This document shows, piece after piece, positions 19,458 to 28,652 of a stretch of 64,000 bases of DNA (the first letter of the stretch is position 1; every line of letters begins with the position of its first letter). The DNA is from Clostridia bacterium. GTDB taxonomy: Bacteria > Bacillota > Clostridia > DUPQ01. The position numbers and the translations under genes are program-made. Under the pieces are notes generated by a model, which did not search any database, was not told where the DNA came from, and saw only the letters and a program-made list of their open reading frames with translations. The stretch covers positions 6,521 through 70,520 of the forward strand of contig JAFGIJ010000125.1 in assembly GCA_016929655.1 (NCBI GenBank), written 5' to 3'.

Positions 19458-20795
19458 TTACTTTACTTTTTCTTTAACAAAATCATTCAGGATTTCATTT
19501 AGATTCGGGGAACCAATTTCCTGCAGGTCATAGTGAACCCTGGTATTAGGCTTTTTGATTTTAATGATTCTGTTAAGATCAACAGGTGTGGCAATAACCA
19601 CAGAGTCACAGTCTGTGTTTTCAATTGTCTTCTCCAGGTCCTTTACCTGCTGTTCTCCATAACCCATTGCCGGCAGCAGTGTCCCGATATTGGGATATGT
19701 CCTGAAGGTGTCCTTGAGCTTACCTGTTATATATGGCCTTGGGTCAACAAGTTCAGTTGCTCCAAGTTTTCTAGCTGCAACTACCCCTGCGCCGATTTTC
19801 ATTTCTCCATGGGTGAGGGTAGGTCCATCTTCTACTACTAAAACCCTCTTTCCCTTTATGACTTCAGGTTTGTCAACTGTTATTGTTGAAGCTGCTTCAA
19901 CAACCAGTGCCTTCGGATTTGCCATGGCAATGTTTTTTCTTACAGTCTGGATGTTCTCAAAATCTGCTGAATCAATTTTGTTGATTACAACAACATCCGA
20001 AATTCTAAGATTGACTTCACCCGGATAATATGAAAGCTCATGACCCGGTCTGTGAGGATCCACTACAGTGACCATAAGGTCAGGTTTATAGAATGGGAAA
20101 TCGTTGTTTCCGCCATCCCAAAGAATGACATCACAGCCATCAGGATCGTTTTCAGCCTGTTCTAGGATTGCTCCGTAATCAACTCCGGCATAAATTACAT
20201 TTCCACGGGTAACATATGGTTCATATTCTTCCATCTCTTCAATGGTGCAGTCATGCTTTTTGAGATCTTCCAAAGTTGCAAAGCGTTGTACTGTCTGCTT
20301 GACTAAATCGCCATAAGGCATAGGATGACGTACTGCAACAACCCTAAGTCCCATAGCTTTAAGTGTTTCAACAATTTTCCTGGATGTCTGGCTTTTCCCG
20401 CATCCGGTTCTTACTGCACAAACTGCAACAACCGGTTTAGTGCTTTTTATCATGGTATCTTTTGTACCCATTAGAAGAAACTGAGCTCCTGCAGCATTGA
20501 CCCTGGCACTTATTCCCATTACAAATGAATATGGAACATCGCTGTATGAGAACACACAGATATCTATATCCAGTTCCTTTATCAATTTTTCCAAATCATC
20601 CTGGGCATGGATGGGTATTCCTTCCGGATACAACTTTCCTGCCAGTTCAGCAGGATATTTTCTACCGTCGATGTCAGGTATCTGAGCCGCAGTGAAAGCT
20701 CTCACATCAAAACCTTCATCATCTCTGTAGTAGGTGTTGAAATTGTGGAAATCTCTTCCGGCAGCACCAAGAATCATTACATTTTTTCTTTTCAT
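19458..20795 (-). CDS. cyclic 2,3-diphosphoglycerate synthetase-like P-loop protein (function in bacteria unknown)
   Basis: 445 aa with a P-loop-like motif GCGKSQTS. Overall resemblance to the cPGS family remembered from methanogens. RBS AAGGAG 6 nt before the ATG. Monocistronic. Confidence 0.4.
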   Translation of the reverse strand: MKRKNVMILGAAGRDFHNFNTYYRDDEGFDVRAFTAAQIPDIDGRKYPAELAGKLYPEGIPIHAQDDLEKLIKELDIDICVFSYSDVPYSFVMGISARVNAAGAQFLLMGTKDTMIKSTKPVVAVCAVRTGCGKSQTSRKIVETLKAMGLRVVAVRHPMPYGDLVKQTVQRFATLEDLKKHDCTIEEMEEYEPYVTRGNVIYAGVDYGAILEQAENDPDGCDVILWDGGNNDFPFYKPDLMVTVVDPHRPGHELSYYPGEVNLRISDVVVINKIDSADFENIQTVRKNIAMANPKALVVEAASTITVDKPEVIKGKRVLVVEDGPTLTHGEMKIGAGVVAARKLGATELVDPRPYITGKLKDTFRTYPNIGTLLPAMGYGEQQVKDLEKTIENTDCDSVVIATPVDLNRIIKIKKPNTRVHYDLQEIGSPNLNEILNDFVKEKVK

Positions 20796-20928
20796 ATAGA
20801 ACTCCTTGATTGATTTATATACCCATTGTGCTTCCTAAGACATCTAATGTCAATATACATCCAGTGCATAAAACGGATATAACAGAAGATAATCGCCTTA
20901 AATCGGAGTTTATATGCAATTCAACTCC

Positions 20929-20978
20929 CCTAATAATTACGACAGACGTAAATATTTACGTCTGTCGTAATTATTAGG
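20929..20978. repeat. perfect 50-bp palindrome (25-bp arms, no spacer)
   Basis: CCTAATAATTACGACAGACGTAAAT|ATTTACGTCTGTCGTAATTATTAGG, exact reverse complement. Lies between the grx terminator and the promoter region of the cPGS-like gene. Confidence 0.9.
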
Positions 20979-20984
20979 GCAATA

Positions 20985-21030
20985 AAAAAGCCCGGTGCAT
21001 TTTCATGCACTGAGCTTTTTTATTCAAAGT
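20985..21030 (-). terminator. rho-independent terminator downstream of the glutaredoxin-like gene (bidirectional appearance)
   Basis: About 11-bp stem with one mismatch and a G-U pair, flanked by a poly-A and a poly-T run. Confidence 0.65.
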
Positions 21031-21035
21031 TTATT

Positions 21036-21266
21036 TCAGTGACTGATCAAATGTGTCAGACGACTCTTGTCAAAACCTACAATAATCTGCCCATTGAAAT
21101 CAATGACCGGAACCCCTCTTTGTCCTGATTTTGTTACCATCTCCATTGCCTGCTGCCTATCCTTGGATACATCTATATCCTGAAAGGTTACATTATTCTC
21201 TTTGAGAAACTTCTTCGCCATGGTGCAATAGGGACACGTTGGTGTTGAATATACTTTTACTGCCAT
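21036..21266 (-). CDS. glutaredoxin-like protein (NrdH/YruB-like, CPYC)
   Basis: MAVKVYSTPTCPYCTMAKKFL. Strong RBS AGGAGGAAGAA before the ATG at 21266. Confidence 0.85.
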   Translation of the reverse strand: MAVKVYSTPTCPYCTMAKKFLKENNVTFQDIDVSKDRQQAMEMVTKSGQRGVPVIDFNGQIIVGFDKSRLTHLISH

Positions 21267-21279
21267 TTCTTCCTCCTGA

Positions 21280-22599
21280 TTATTCATCTTCAGATGATAT
21301 ATATTTTTCTGCAAATATCGCCGCTATAGCTCCATCTCCGACGGCATTCGCTATTTGCCTCACATATTTTCTTCTGACATCACCACATGCATAAATGCCG
21401 GGAATGTCTGTTTCCATATTTTCATTAGTTAATATATACCCGTTTTCATCAATATTAACATGTCCTTTGAATAGTTCTGTTCTGGGTATCATGCCAATCA
21501 GCGTGAAGATTCCGTCGACAGCCATTTCACTCTTTTCACCTGTCTTGTTATTTTCTAAAATTACTCTGTCTATGAACATTTCTCCCTTTAGTTCTCTGAC
21601 TTCCGTATTCCATATGACATCTGTTTTAGGATTATCAAAAAATTTCTTCTGACCTGATTTTGTTGCTGAAAAACCATCACTTCTGTTGATTAAAGTTACT
21701 TTCCTGGCAAATTTAGTAAGATTGACAGCTTCTTCGACAGCTGAATTTCCTCCGCCGACCACTATAATATCAGCATCCTGATATAATGCCCCGTCACAGG
21801 TAGCACAGTAATGGAGTCCCCTTCCCCTGTATTCTTCTTCCTTTTCAACAGGCAATGGTCTTGGTTGTGCTCCTGTTGCTATTATTACTGCCTTTGCATA
21901 ATAGTCCGTATCCTCAGAAACAACATGTTTCAATTTCCCACTAAAATCCACTTCTGTAATCTCATTCAGTTCAACCAGTTCGGCACCCTGTTCTTCAACC
22001 TGACCCACCATATTTTCGACTAACTCAGGTCCGGTTATGGACCCCTTTGTTCCCGCATAGTTCTCAATTGTAAAAGTTGTTGCCACCTGCCCTCCGGGCA
22101 TAGCTCTGTCAATAACGATAGTGTAAAGTCTTGCCCTTGCTGTATACAATGCCGCTGAAAGGCCAGCAGGGCCAGCTCCTATAATAACTACATCTGCTGT
22201 TACCTTCTTCCTGCTCTCCTTTGGACATATACCGCCAAGTACATTCTCAATTTTCTCTTTAAGGTCAGAGGGTTCTATATAACCGCTCAGCCTTGAACAT
22301 GCCTCTTCACCCGCCTTCATGAAAATAACAGTCGGCATGCTTCTTACCATGAGTCTCTCAGAAACCACGGGAATATCCTTGATATTGAAGGACAGAAAGT
22401 TTATATCTTTGGAATAACCCATTGAGTATTTGTCAAACACAGGTTCAAAGACATCACATGGCGGACAGTTATTCGAATAAAACAACACAACCGCAGCTTT
22501 TCCATTTTCATGAATTTTTTTATGAAATGCATTCATTTCTTCTATTTTTGCTTCATTATCCATATGACAATTATACCCTTTCATTTGTTTTATCAGCAA
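21280..22599 (-). CDS. thioredoxin-domain::thioredoxin-disulfide reductase fusion protein (truncated AhpF-like architecture)
   Basis: N-terminal Trx fold with CPPC. Then FAD motif VVIIGAGPAGLSAA, redox-active CATCDG, NAD(P) motif IIVVGGGNSAVEEA. Start ambiguous (22599 or 22563). Confidence 0.8.
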   Translation of the reverse strand: MLIKQMKGYNCHMDNEAKIEEMNAFHKKIHENGKAAVVLFYSNNCPPCDVFEPVFDKYSMGYSKDINFLSFNIKDIPVVSERLMVRSMPTVIFMKAGEEACSRLSGYIEPSDLKEKIENVLGGICPKESRKKVTADVVIIGAGPAGLSAALYTARARLYTIVIDRAMPGGQVATTFTIENYAGTKGSITGPELVENMVGQVEEQGAELVELNEITEVDFSGKLKHVVSEDTDYYAKAVIIATGAQPRPLPVEKEEEYRGRGLHYCATCDGALYQDADIIVVGGGNSAVEEAVNLTKFARKVTLINRSDGFSATKSGQKKFFDNPKTDVIWNTEVRELKGEMFIDRVILENNKTGEKSEMAVDGIFTLIGMIPRTELFKGHVNIDENGYILTNENMETDIPGIYACGDVRRKYVRQIANAVGDGAIAAIFAEKYISSEDE

Positions 22600-22691
22600 T
22601 TATTTATAGAAATATATATTTAAATCATTCAATTGGCTCATCAAAAACCCCGGGTTATGTATATAATAGTGTCAGTGACAAGGGGGTATGA

Positions 22692-24077
22692 ATGAACACA
22701 TTTGTATTTTTTGATGATTTCATGATCAGTTCCAGGCGTGGCGTAAGAAGACGTATTTTCAAACCGATCAAATCAGGAAGCTTTTATCAGGATGGAATAA
22801 CTGTGGGGTCTTCCGTTGTCTATATACCTGAGAAAAAATTATTTTATCTGTATTACAATTTTCTTCCGGACCGTTCAAAGGACTGGGACCGGGAATCACA
22901 TTATGCGCTCAGCAGCGATGGCATTGATTTCAAGCCGATTGGCAGAGTTCCAAGCGTAGCTCAGACAGGGGCATACATTGTCTACAGGGATGACTTTACG
23001 GATAATCCGGACGAGCGGTACAAATGCATAATCATGAAAGTCAACAAAGAGGACACCACAAAAGGCCTCGGGTATGTTGCAGTAAGCAAAGATGCCCTGA
23101 ACTGGAATACTGATACCGATTATCTTATCAGCAGGCATGCTTCGGATACCGCAAATAACATTTTCTACAACGAAGTGCTGGAGAAATACCAGATAATCTG
23201 TCGTGGAGCCCATGTTGACAGAAGGATAGTTTCACTGTTTTCCGAGGACCTTGTCAACTGGTCCGCACCACAGGTTATACTATCACCGAATCCATTTGAT
23301 GTAGAATACACTCAGTATTACGGTATGACTACATTTCAGGACAAGGGGTACTTTCTGGGGTTCCTGCAGCTTTACCAAACCGATGAAGATGACACGGTAT
23401 ATACAAAAATGGCAGGTAAGGTTGATGTAGCCCTGACCTACAGTTATGATGGAATAATCTGGAACAGAGTTTCCCACGAGCCTATGGTAGAAAGACCCAT
23501 GCCACCGGAATTCGGCTTTACAACTATATATTTCTCCAATATGAATGAATCCCCTGATGGAAGGAATTGGATTCTGACAGCCGGCGGAGGCCGCACTGAC
23601 CATGGCTGGGGATTTAAACCTGCTTATCCTGATTCTGAATTATCCGACTTTGTCAGAGAACACGGAAACAACCAGCTTATGTTCTATAAAATCAGAAAAC
23701 ATGGTTTTGCAGGAATGGAATCATACGGTCTGAAAGCCAGGCTTAATCTAAAGAGAATGCTTCTGACAGGCCCAAAACTCTCTTTCAATATTTGTGCACC
23801 TACCGGAACGGTCAGATATCGCATCGTCGATCCCCAGGACTTCACAGTTTATGATGGTTTTGATTTTGATGATTGTATCCCTTTTACCGGAGATGAAATA
23901 GAATTTAGTCCGACCTGGAAAAACAGAAACCTTGCACAATTACAGGGCAAATTCATTAGCCTGGAATTTGAAATGCATACCGCCATATTGTTTTCAGTGT
24001 CAGGAGACCTTGCTCCGTCTCCTGGAATGCAGCCTGTATCCATGCTTGGCGTACCAAAACCACTTGAAAGGACATAA
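22692..24077 (+). CDS. cytoplasmic Asp-box (BNR-like) beta-propeller protein, putative glycoside hydrolase
   Basis: 461 aa with no signal peptide. Asp-box-like SxDGxxW/F elements (SSDGIDF, SYDGIIW). Confidence 0.35.
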   Translation: MNTFVFFDDFMISSRRGVRRRIFKPIKSGSFYQDGITVGSSVVYIPEKKLFYLYYNFLPDRSKDWDRESHYALSSDGIDFKPIGRVPSVAQTGAYIVYRDDFTDNPDERYKCIIMKVNKEDTTKGLGYVAVSKDALNWNTDTDYLISRHASDTANNIFYNEVLEKYQIICRGAHVDRRIVSLFSEDLVNWSAPQVILSPNPFDVEYTQYYGMTTFQDKGYFLGFLQLYQTDEDDTVYTKMAGKVDVALTYSYDGIIWNRVSHEPMVERPMPPEFGFTTIYFSNMNESPDGRNWILTAGGGRTDHGWGFKPAYPDSELSDFVREHGNNQLMFYKIRKHGFAGMESYGLKARLNLKRMLLTGPKLSFNICAPTGTVRYRIVDPQDFTVYDGFDFDDCIPFTGDEIEFSPTWKNRNLAQLQGKFISLEFEMHTAILFSVSGDLAPSPGMQPVSMLGVPKPLERT

Positions 24078-24079
24078 CA

Positions 24080-25195
24080 ATGAAAATATTGATTGAAAAA
24101 GAAAAACTAATATCACAGGCACCTGCAGACATACGCGACTGGGGTCCATGGCAGTTTCCCAGGGCATTTGTTGCAGGCCCAAAAACATATCTTGAGTTTC
24201 ACATTTCTTCCGACAGTGCACTTTCTTACGGAAAACCCAGGGCATGGTTCTGCTCTGAGGACATGTGGGAAACATGGCATGAAAGCAATCCCTGTGGTAT
24301 GCAAATATCAAACGGAGACATTGTAAAGCCTTATCAACCCAAGGCTCTCCCAGAATCCGAAATAGAACTGCCGGAGGTCATTGGAAAGTTCTCCAGCTAT
24401 GGATTCGCAAGGAATTATTTTGATTATGAAAAAGTACATCATGATTACCGGCATTGGTATATCGAAAGGACAAAGCCCGGGGAGGCAATGCAGGTTGATG
24501 AGGTATCCATAGAACTTCCGGGATACACAATGAATACCTCCGAAGGGGTTTTTCCCCTGCCTTATTTTCATCAGCTTAAGAGAGGTCCCGGAAATTCCAT
24601 ATGGACTTTTCTCTATAAACATTATGTTGTAGATGGAAAAATCAGCAAGTACGGAGCTTCATGGTTTCATAAAAGCACTGACAATGGAAAAACCTTCAAA
24701 TTTATAAGTAGAATTCCTTACACATATGATCTTGCCATGGACCCGGGTGCAGAAAAGCGATATGGCTATGGTGAACCGGATATGTGTTTCATTGATGAAA
24801 ATACAGCTTTTTCACTGCACAGGACAACTGATGGAACCGGGATAGGACCAATGTATATAGCCTGGACCTATGATGGTGGATATACCTGGACAAAACCGGA
24901 ATACTTCGATGACAGAGGTGTATGGCCCCAGACTGTAGCATTGGAAAACGGGGTTGTAATTGCCGGTTACGGACGTCCTGGTCTGTTCATCCGTCCATAT
25001 TACAACGGAGAATGGCACGACAGAACCGCCATAGTTGAACCAATGGATTACCAGACTGATACCTGTTCATACTGTGCAATCATTCCTGCCGGTCCTGATT
25101 CAGCATTGATATTCTATTCAGACTTCAATTATCCCGATGACAAAGGAATCCCCCGTAAGAGCCTCATGGTCAGAAAGATCCGGGTGGTCGTCTAA
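24080..25195 (+). CDS. cytoplasmic sialidase-like / BNR-repeat beta-propeller protein
   Basis: Canonical Asp-box STDNGKTF followed by SRIP. No signal peptide. 2-nt gap from the preceding gene and 1-nt overlap with rqcH. Confidence 0.4.
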   Translation: MKILIEKEKLISQAPADIRDWGPWQFPRAFVAGPKTYLEFHISSDSALSYGKPRAWFCSEDMWETWHESNPCGMQISNGDIVKPYQPKALPESEIELPEVIGKFSSYGFARNYFDYEKVHHDYRHWYIERTKPGEAMQVDEVSIELPGYTMNTSEGVFPLPYFHQLKRGPGNSIWTFLYKHYVVDGKISKYGASWFHKSTDNGKTFKFISRIPYTYDLAMDPGAEKRYGYGEPDMCFIDENTAFSLHRTTDGTGIGPMYIAWTYDGGYTWTKPEYFDDRGVWPQTVALENGVVIAGYGRPGLFIRPYYNGEWHDRTAIVEPMDYQTDTCSYCAIIPAGPDSALIFYSDFNYPDDKGIPRKSLMVRKIRVVV

Positions 25196-26943
25196 TGCCC
25201 TTTGACGGTGTTGCAGTCAGAGCCCTTGCCATTGAGCTGCGGGGCAGAATAATAGATTCTAGAATTGAACGCATTTCAATGCCTTCAAGGAATGAAGTAG
25301 TTCTCATCATTAGAAATTACAGAGGGTCACAGCGGCTGTATATATCTGCAGATCCGTCACTCTCTTCTGTATTTCTAACCGAGGAATCGGTTCCAAATCC
25401 AGCTGTCCCTCCTAACTTCTGTATGTTTTTAAGAAAGCACATAGGTGGTGGTGTTATAAGTGATGTTACTGATTACGGATTTGAAAGATACTTGTCAATA
25501 GGCATCAAGTCCAGGACTGCTCTTGGAGATTTGCAGGAAAAAAGATTGGTCATTGAGTTGACCGGCAGAAACTGCAACATTGTACTCTTGAATGAATCAG
25601 GAGTTATTCTTGATGCACTTAAACACATAGATTCATCCGTAAGCAGCGTACGCGAGATAATGCCTGCCCGAAATTATATATTCATTCCTTCACAGAACAA
25701 AATGGCACCCGATGAGGCCAACCCGGAAGATCTGCATTTTGATGAGGAAATACCTGTCGAAAAGCTGCTTTTATCCAACCTAACAGGCTTTTCACCAATT
25801 CTTTGCAGGGAGGTCTGCCACCGCTCTTCACTTGACCCCGGGCTTTCTGTCAGGGATATGTCAGATGAAGACAAGGACAGGTTCAAATGGAAACTTGGTG
25901 AGTTTTTAAGTGAAATCAAGGCCAATGAATCAAGACCATGTATTGTTCTTGACAAAAAAGGAAACTACAGTGATTTCCATTGCATGACTTTGACTGTAAG
26001 TGAAAATCTTCTGTACTGCAGAGATTTCAACGAGGCAGTCTCTCTATATTTCATGAAAAAAAGGAATAAAGCAAGCTCTGACCTTGGTAAATCAGATCTT
26101 GTAAAGGCAGTTGCTCGAAATATAGAGCGTTGCAGAAAAAAGGTTGCCATTCATGCCGCTGTTCTTGATAAAGAACGATCAGTGGGTGAGCTTCAGTTGT
26201 TCGGGGAGTTGATAACTGCCAATATTCACTTGATAAAGGCAGGAAGTGAATCGGTGGAACTTCTGAACTATTACACAGGAGAACAAATAAAAATTGCACT
26301 TGACCCACATAAGAATGCCGTTGAAAATGCACAAAGATATTATAAGAGATACAAGAAGACCAAAAGTGCAATTGATAACTCGAGGGTTCAGATGGAGGAT
26401 TCACAGGGTGAACTTGAATATCTTGAAAGTGTTTCACATTGGTTGGATTTTGCAAAAGACCCGGAAGACATAAAGGAAATAAGACAGGAATTGGCTGCCC
26501 AGGGTTATATAAAGAAAAAGCATCAAAAGTATAAGAAAAAAGAAGAGGTCCAAAAGTTCCATCCACACAAATATATTTCGTCTGAAGGCTATGAAATATA
26601 TGCGGGCAGAAATAATATTGAGAATGACCATCTGACCTTTAAATTTGCCAATTCAAGGGACCTATGGCTGCATGCCAAGGGAATTCCGGGTTCTCATGTG
26701 ATAATTCGAAGAAAGGACAAGCATATGGAGTTTTTCCCTGACCGGACTATAACCGAAGGGGCTATGATAGCGGCATATCACAGCAAGGCACGCAGCAGCG
26801 GTCAAATTGCCGTTGATTACTCTGAAGTACGGAATATAAAAAAACCGGGTGGTGCAAAACCCGGTATGGTCAACTATTTCGAGTACTTCAGTGCTTACAT
26901 AACCGTAGATGAAGAAACTGTCCGCAAGCTGAGAAAAGACTGA
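25195..26943 (+). CDS. rqcH: Rqc2-homolog RqcH / fibronectin-binding protein A (NFACT family)
   Basis: 582 aa with an NFACT-N beginning MPFDGVAVRALAIEL, a coiled-coil middle, and NFACT-R at the C-terminus (HAKGIPGSHVIIR). Confidence 0.8.
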   Translation: MPFDGVAVRALAIELRGRIIDSRIERISMPSRNEVVLIIRNYRGSQRLYISADPSLSSVFLTEESVPNPAVPPNFCMFLRKHIGGGVISDVTDYGFERYLSIGIKSRTALGDLQEKRLVIELTGRNCNIVLLNESGVILDALKHIDSSVSSVREIMPARNYIFIPSQNKMAPDEANPEDLHFDEEIPVEKLLLSNLTGFSPILCREVCHRSSLDPGLSVRDMSDEDKDRFKWKLGEFLSEIKANESRPCIVLDKKGNYSDFHCMTLTVSENLLYCRDFNEAVSLYFMKKRNKASSDLGKSDLVKAVARNIERCRKKVAIHAAVLDKERSVGELQLFGELITANIHLIKAGSESVELLNYYTGEQIKIALDPHKNAVENAQRYYKRYKKTKSAIDNSRVQMEDSQGELEYLESVSHWLDFAKDPEDIKEIRQELAAQGYIKKKHQKYKKKEEVQKFHPHKYISSEGYEIYAGRNNIENDHLTFKFANSRDLWLHAKGIPGSHVIIRRKDKHMEFFPDRTITEGAMIAAYHSKARSSGQIAVDYSEVRNIKKPGGAKPGMVNYFEYFSAYITVDEETVRKLRKD

Positions 26944-27615
26944 CTATTGTTTCATGGCAACATCCTTGATTGATTTTATCTTTCCGTATACAACAAGCTT
27001 ATCACCGACATCCAAAATAGTATCAGGACCCGGGAAATTATAAACATGGTTTCCCTTGTCAATTTTTAAAACCTGAATGAATCTTTGTTTCAGCCCTGAT
27101 TCGCGAAGCATAAGACCGTCAAGTCCTCCGTTTTCATCAATGACTATTTCATACATACCAAAATCCTGATCAACCTTCATGACCTGGGATATAGGATTTC
27201 GTTTGGTTGCCCTGTTTATTCTTCGCTCTATGATGCGCTCTATGAATTTATTGAATCTCGATGAAAGGAATTTGCTTCTTGTAAGAAGATATAAGAAAAC
27301 CAGCAGCACTACAAGTGCTACCCCTATGCTCAGCATGGTATTTGTATCAGAAAGCATTACATTGATCAGAACGGTAATCAACGTTATCTGGGTCAGATAG
27401 CTGATTACCATCATGAAGCTTGCAATCTTTCTTCTTACAGGATGCTGGGTAATGAGTTCCGACTCCCTTGTTGTAAATCCGGTATGCGTAAGAATTGATA
27501 TGGTCTGGAACCGGGCTTTATATAGATCCATTCCTGTACTTTTAAACAATATGGAGACTACTTCAACCACAACCCATAAAAGAATTAGAATTACTGCAAA
27601 AATTATAAGGCTCAT
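26944..27615 (-). CDS. membrane protein with C-terminal TrkA-C (RCK_C) domain
   Basis: Start chosen at the internal ATG at 27615 (RBS GAGGGGAAG), which avoids overlap with the upstream gene. 2-3 TM segments plus a TrkA-C-like C-terminus. Confidence 0.6.
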   Translation of the reverse strand: MSLIIFAVILILLWVVVEVVSILFKSTGMDLYKARFQTISILTHTGFTTRESELITQHPVRRKIASFMMVISYLTQITLITVLINVMLSDTNTMLSIGVALVVLLVFLYLLTRSKFLSSRFNKFIERIIERRINRATKRNPISQVMKVDQDFGMYEIVIDENGGLDGLMLRESGLKQRFIQVLKIDKGNHVYNFPGPDTILDVGDKLVVYGKIKSIKDVAMKQ

Positions 27616-27619
27616 ATGT

Positions 27620-28492
27620 TCACTTCCCCTCGATTTCAGTAAAACTTGCTGCACCTTCTGCCTTTGTCCGGAATTTAATCCCACTGCTTATGGCATTTGT
27701 AGGACACACGGGCTTGCATTCCCCGCATCTTATGCACTCCATGGATGTTGGGTTCTTATATATCTCTATATCCAGTTTGCAGGCAACCCGGCATTTACCG
27801 CATTCAATGCATTTATCTTTGTCTACCTGCATCTGGTACATTGAAATTTTATTCATCCATCCATAAATCAACCCGAGGGGACAAAGCATTGTACAAAATG
27901 GTCTGTAAATAAAAATTGATGCTATGACAACCACCGCGGCAATTGATGCCTTTAAGATGAACAGTCCACCCAGACTGCCGAACTGGTCCGGAGCCGCCAG
28001 TATAAGAGGAAGGGCAGCTTCTATGGTACCTGCCGGACATACATATTTGCAAAATGCAGGACTTCCGTACCCTGCTATGTTGACCACAAAAAGAGGAAGG
28101 CCTATAACAAATACAAAAAGCATTATATAGCGTATCCAGGAGAGTTTTTTCCAATTTCCCGAAATCCTGATTTTCTTACCCGGTACTTTATGCAATAGTT
28201 CCTGTAAAAGACCAAAAGGACATATCCATCCGCAGATCCACCTGCCCAGAAAACCTCCGAACAACAGAATAAGTCCGGTGACATAGAATGAAAATCTATA
28301 TTTGGCACTTCCAATGACTGCCTGCAGTGACCCGATGGGACAGGATCCAAGCGCTCCGGGGCATGAATAACAGTTCAGTCCGGGTACGCATACATTCTTC
28401 AGTTTACCCTGATAGATGGTACCTTTTAAAAATCCTGTTATATATGAATTTGAAACAACTGCAGTCAGAGACTGTACTATTTTCCTTACCAT
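27620..28492 (-). CDS. 4Fe-4S polyferredoxin-type membrane protein (NapH/MauN/CcoG-like)
   Basis: CPFGLLQELL, CIECGKCRVAC and CIRCGECKPVCP motifs with multiple TM segments. Confidence 0.75.
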   Translation of the reverse strand: MVRKIVQSLTAVVSNSYITGFLKGTIYQGKLKNVCVPGLNCYSCPGALGSCPIGSLQAVIGSAKYRFSFYVTGLILLFGGFLGRWICGWICPFGLLQELLHKVPGKKIRISGNWKKLSWIRYIMLFVFVIGLPLFVVNIAGYGSPAFCKYVCPAGTIEAALPLILAAPDQFGSLGGLFILKASIAAVVVIASIFIYRPFCTMLCPLGLIYGWMNKISMYQMQVDKDKCIECGKCRVACKLDIEIYKNPTSMECIRCGECKPVCPTNAISSGIKFRTKAEGAASFTEIEGK

Positions 28493-28652
28493 GGCAGCCA
28501 CCCGATTCCTATGCATTCAAGGCATATCCTGATGGCTTTGTTGAATACATCAGAAACTTCGGTTCTGTATATTCCAAACACAACCATGGCAATGGCAATT
28601 ATTATTACAGCTATGGAGGCAGCTTTTCTATGGAACACTTAAATACTCCCTC

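Noticed and set aside
27620-27684. Apparent 64-nt overlap between the TrkA-C ORF and the polyferredoxin gene
   Set aside because: Resolved by choosing the internal ATG at 27615 with RBS GAGGGGAAG. Not evidence of frameshift or a pseudogene.
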